Origin: Polyangiaceae bacterium
GTDB lineage: Bacteria > Myxococcota_A > Polyangia > Polyangiales > Polyangiaceae
Direction of reading: 5' to 3'
Assembly: GCA_050298815.1 (NCBI GenBank)
Contig: JBNKUV010000104.1
Coordinates: 21,631-85,630 of the forward strand
Length of the DNA stretch: 64,000 nucleotides
Positions 63,904 to 64,000 of this stretch are shown here, piece by piece. Position 1 is the first letter of the stretch. Each line of letters begins with the position of its first letter. The notes beneath the pieces are model-generated. The model was not told the origin of the DNA. It saw only the letters and a program-made list of their open reading frames with translations, and ran no database searches. Made by a program: the position numbers and the translations under genes.

Positions 63904-64000
63904 CATGGCACTCAAGCGCGACTTTCAGTCCTTTTCAGAACGTTACACCGAGTTTCCCGAGCTTCAGCTCGCTGTCGATCTGAGCTGTGTGGGTTATCCC
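63904..64000 (+). CDS. 5' end of an unidentified ORF running off the window
   Basis: ATG at 63904 opens MALKRDFQSFSERYTEFPELQLAVDLSCVGYP with no stop before the window end. No product can be assigned. Confidence 0.3.

Overview
High-GC bacterial chromosome segment, most likely Myxococcota: it has a MYXO-CTERM-like sorting tail, a DUF4423/TIGR02147-like regulator, a giant Ser/Thr kinase-STAND-TPR protein and many lipobox lipoproteins. All calls come from reading the sequence and ORF translations; no database search was run. Both flanks look like core genome. The left flank (1-13.1 kb) carries an Hpt/REC pair, a PfkB kinase, dapB, lgt, thiC, hslO, yacG, glyS, an M17 peptidase and an MFS transporter. 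The right flank (about 31.5-64 kb) carries an AICARFT-only PurH-like gene, vapBC, a BioF-like gene, hemL, the kinase, an AlkC/D-like gene, nfeD plus two flotillins, astB, pssA, a hemX-like/hemA/hemC cluster, aspC and gcvPB. The middle (about 13.15-31.5 kb) is accessory and heavily scarred. (i) A 1.15-kb array holds three tandem ~406-bp units with 12 copies of the dyad AACGGTC-N-GACCGTT, and it fuses into a frameshifted ExeA/TniB-like ATPase relic. (ii) A small island (14.97-20.43 kb) is cut into three cassettes by three same-orientation IS1182/IS5-like right-end relics. The cassettes encode nucleotide-centred, conflict-type proteins: a nucleoside 2-deoxyribosyltransferase-like enzyme translationally coupled to a multi-TM protein, a zinc-ribbon DUF4145 protein with a membrane-anchored partner, and an orphan SLOG-like/TIR-like (Cap12/PycTIR-type) fusion. 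(iii) The rest holds a patatin lipoprotein, GNAT, a DUF4143 AAA ATPase and a graveyard of gene fragments (cupin, DUF429, split APH genes). The cassette island is the best candidate for an undescribed defence or conflict system. No rRNA, tRNA or CRISPR array was found.
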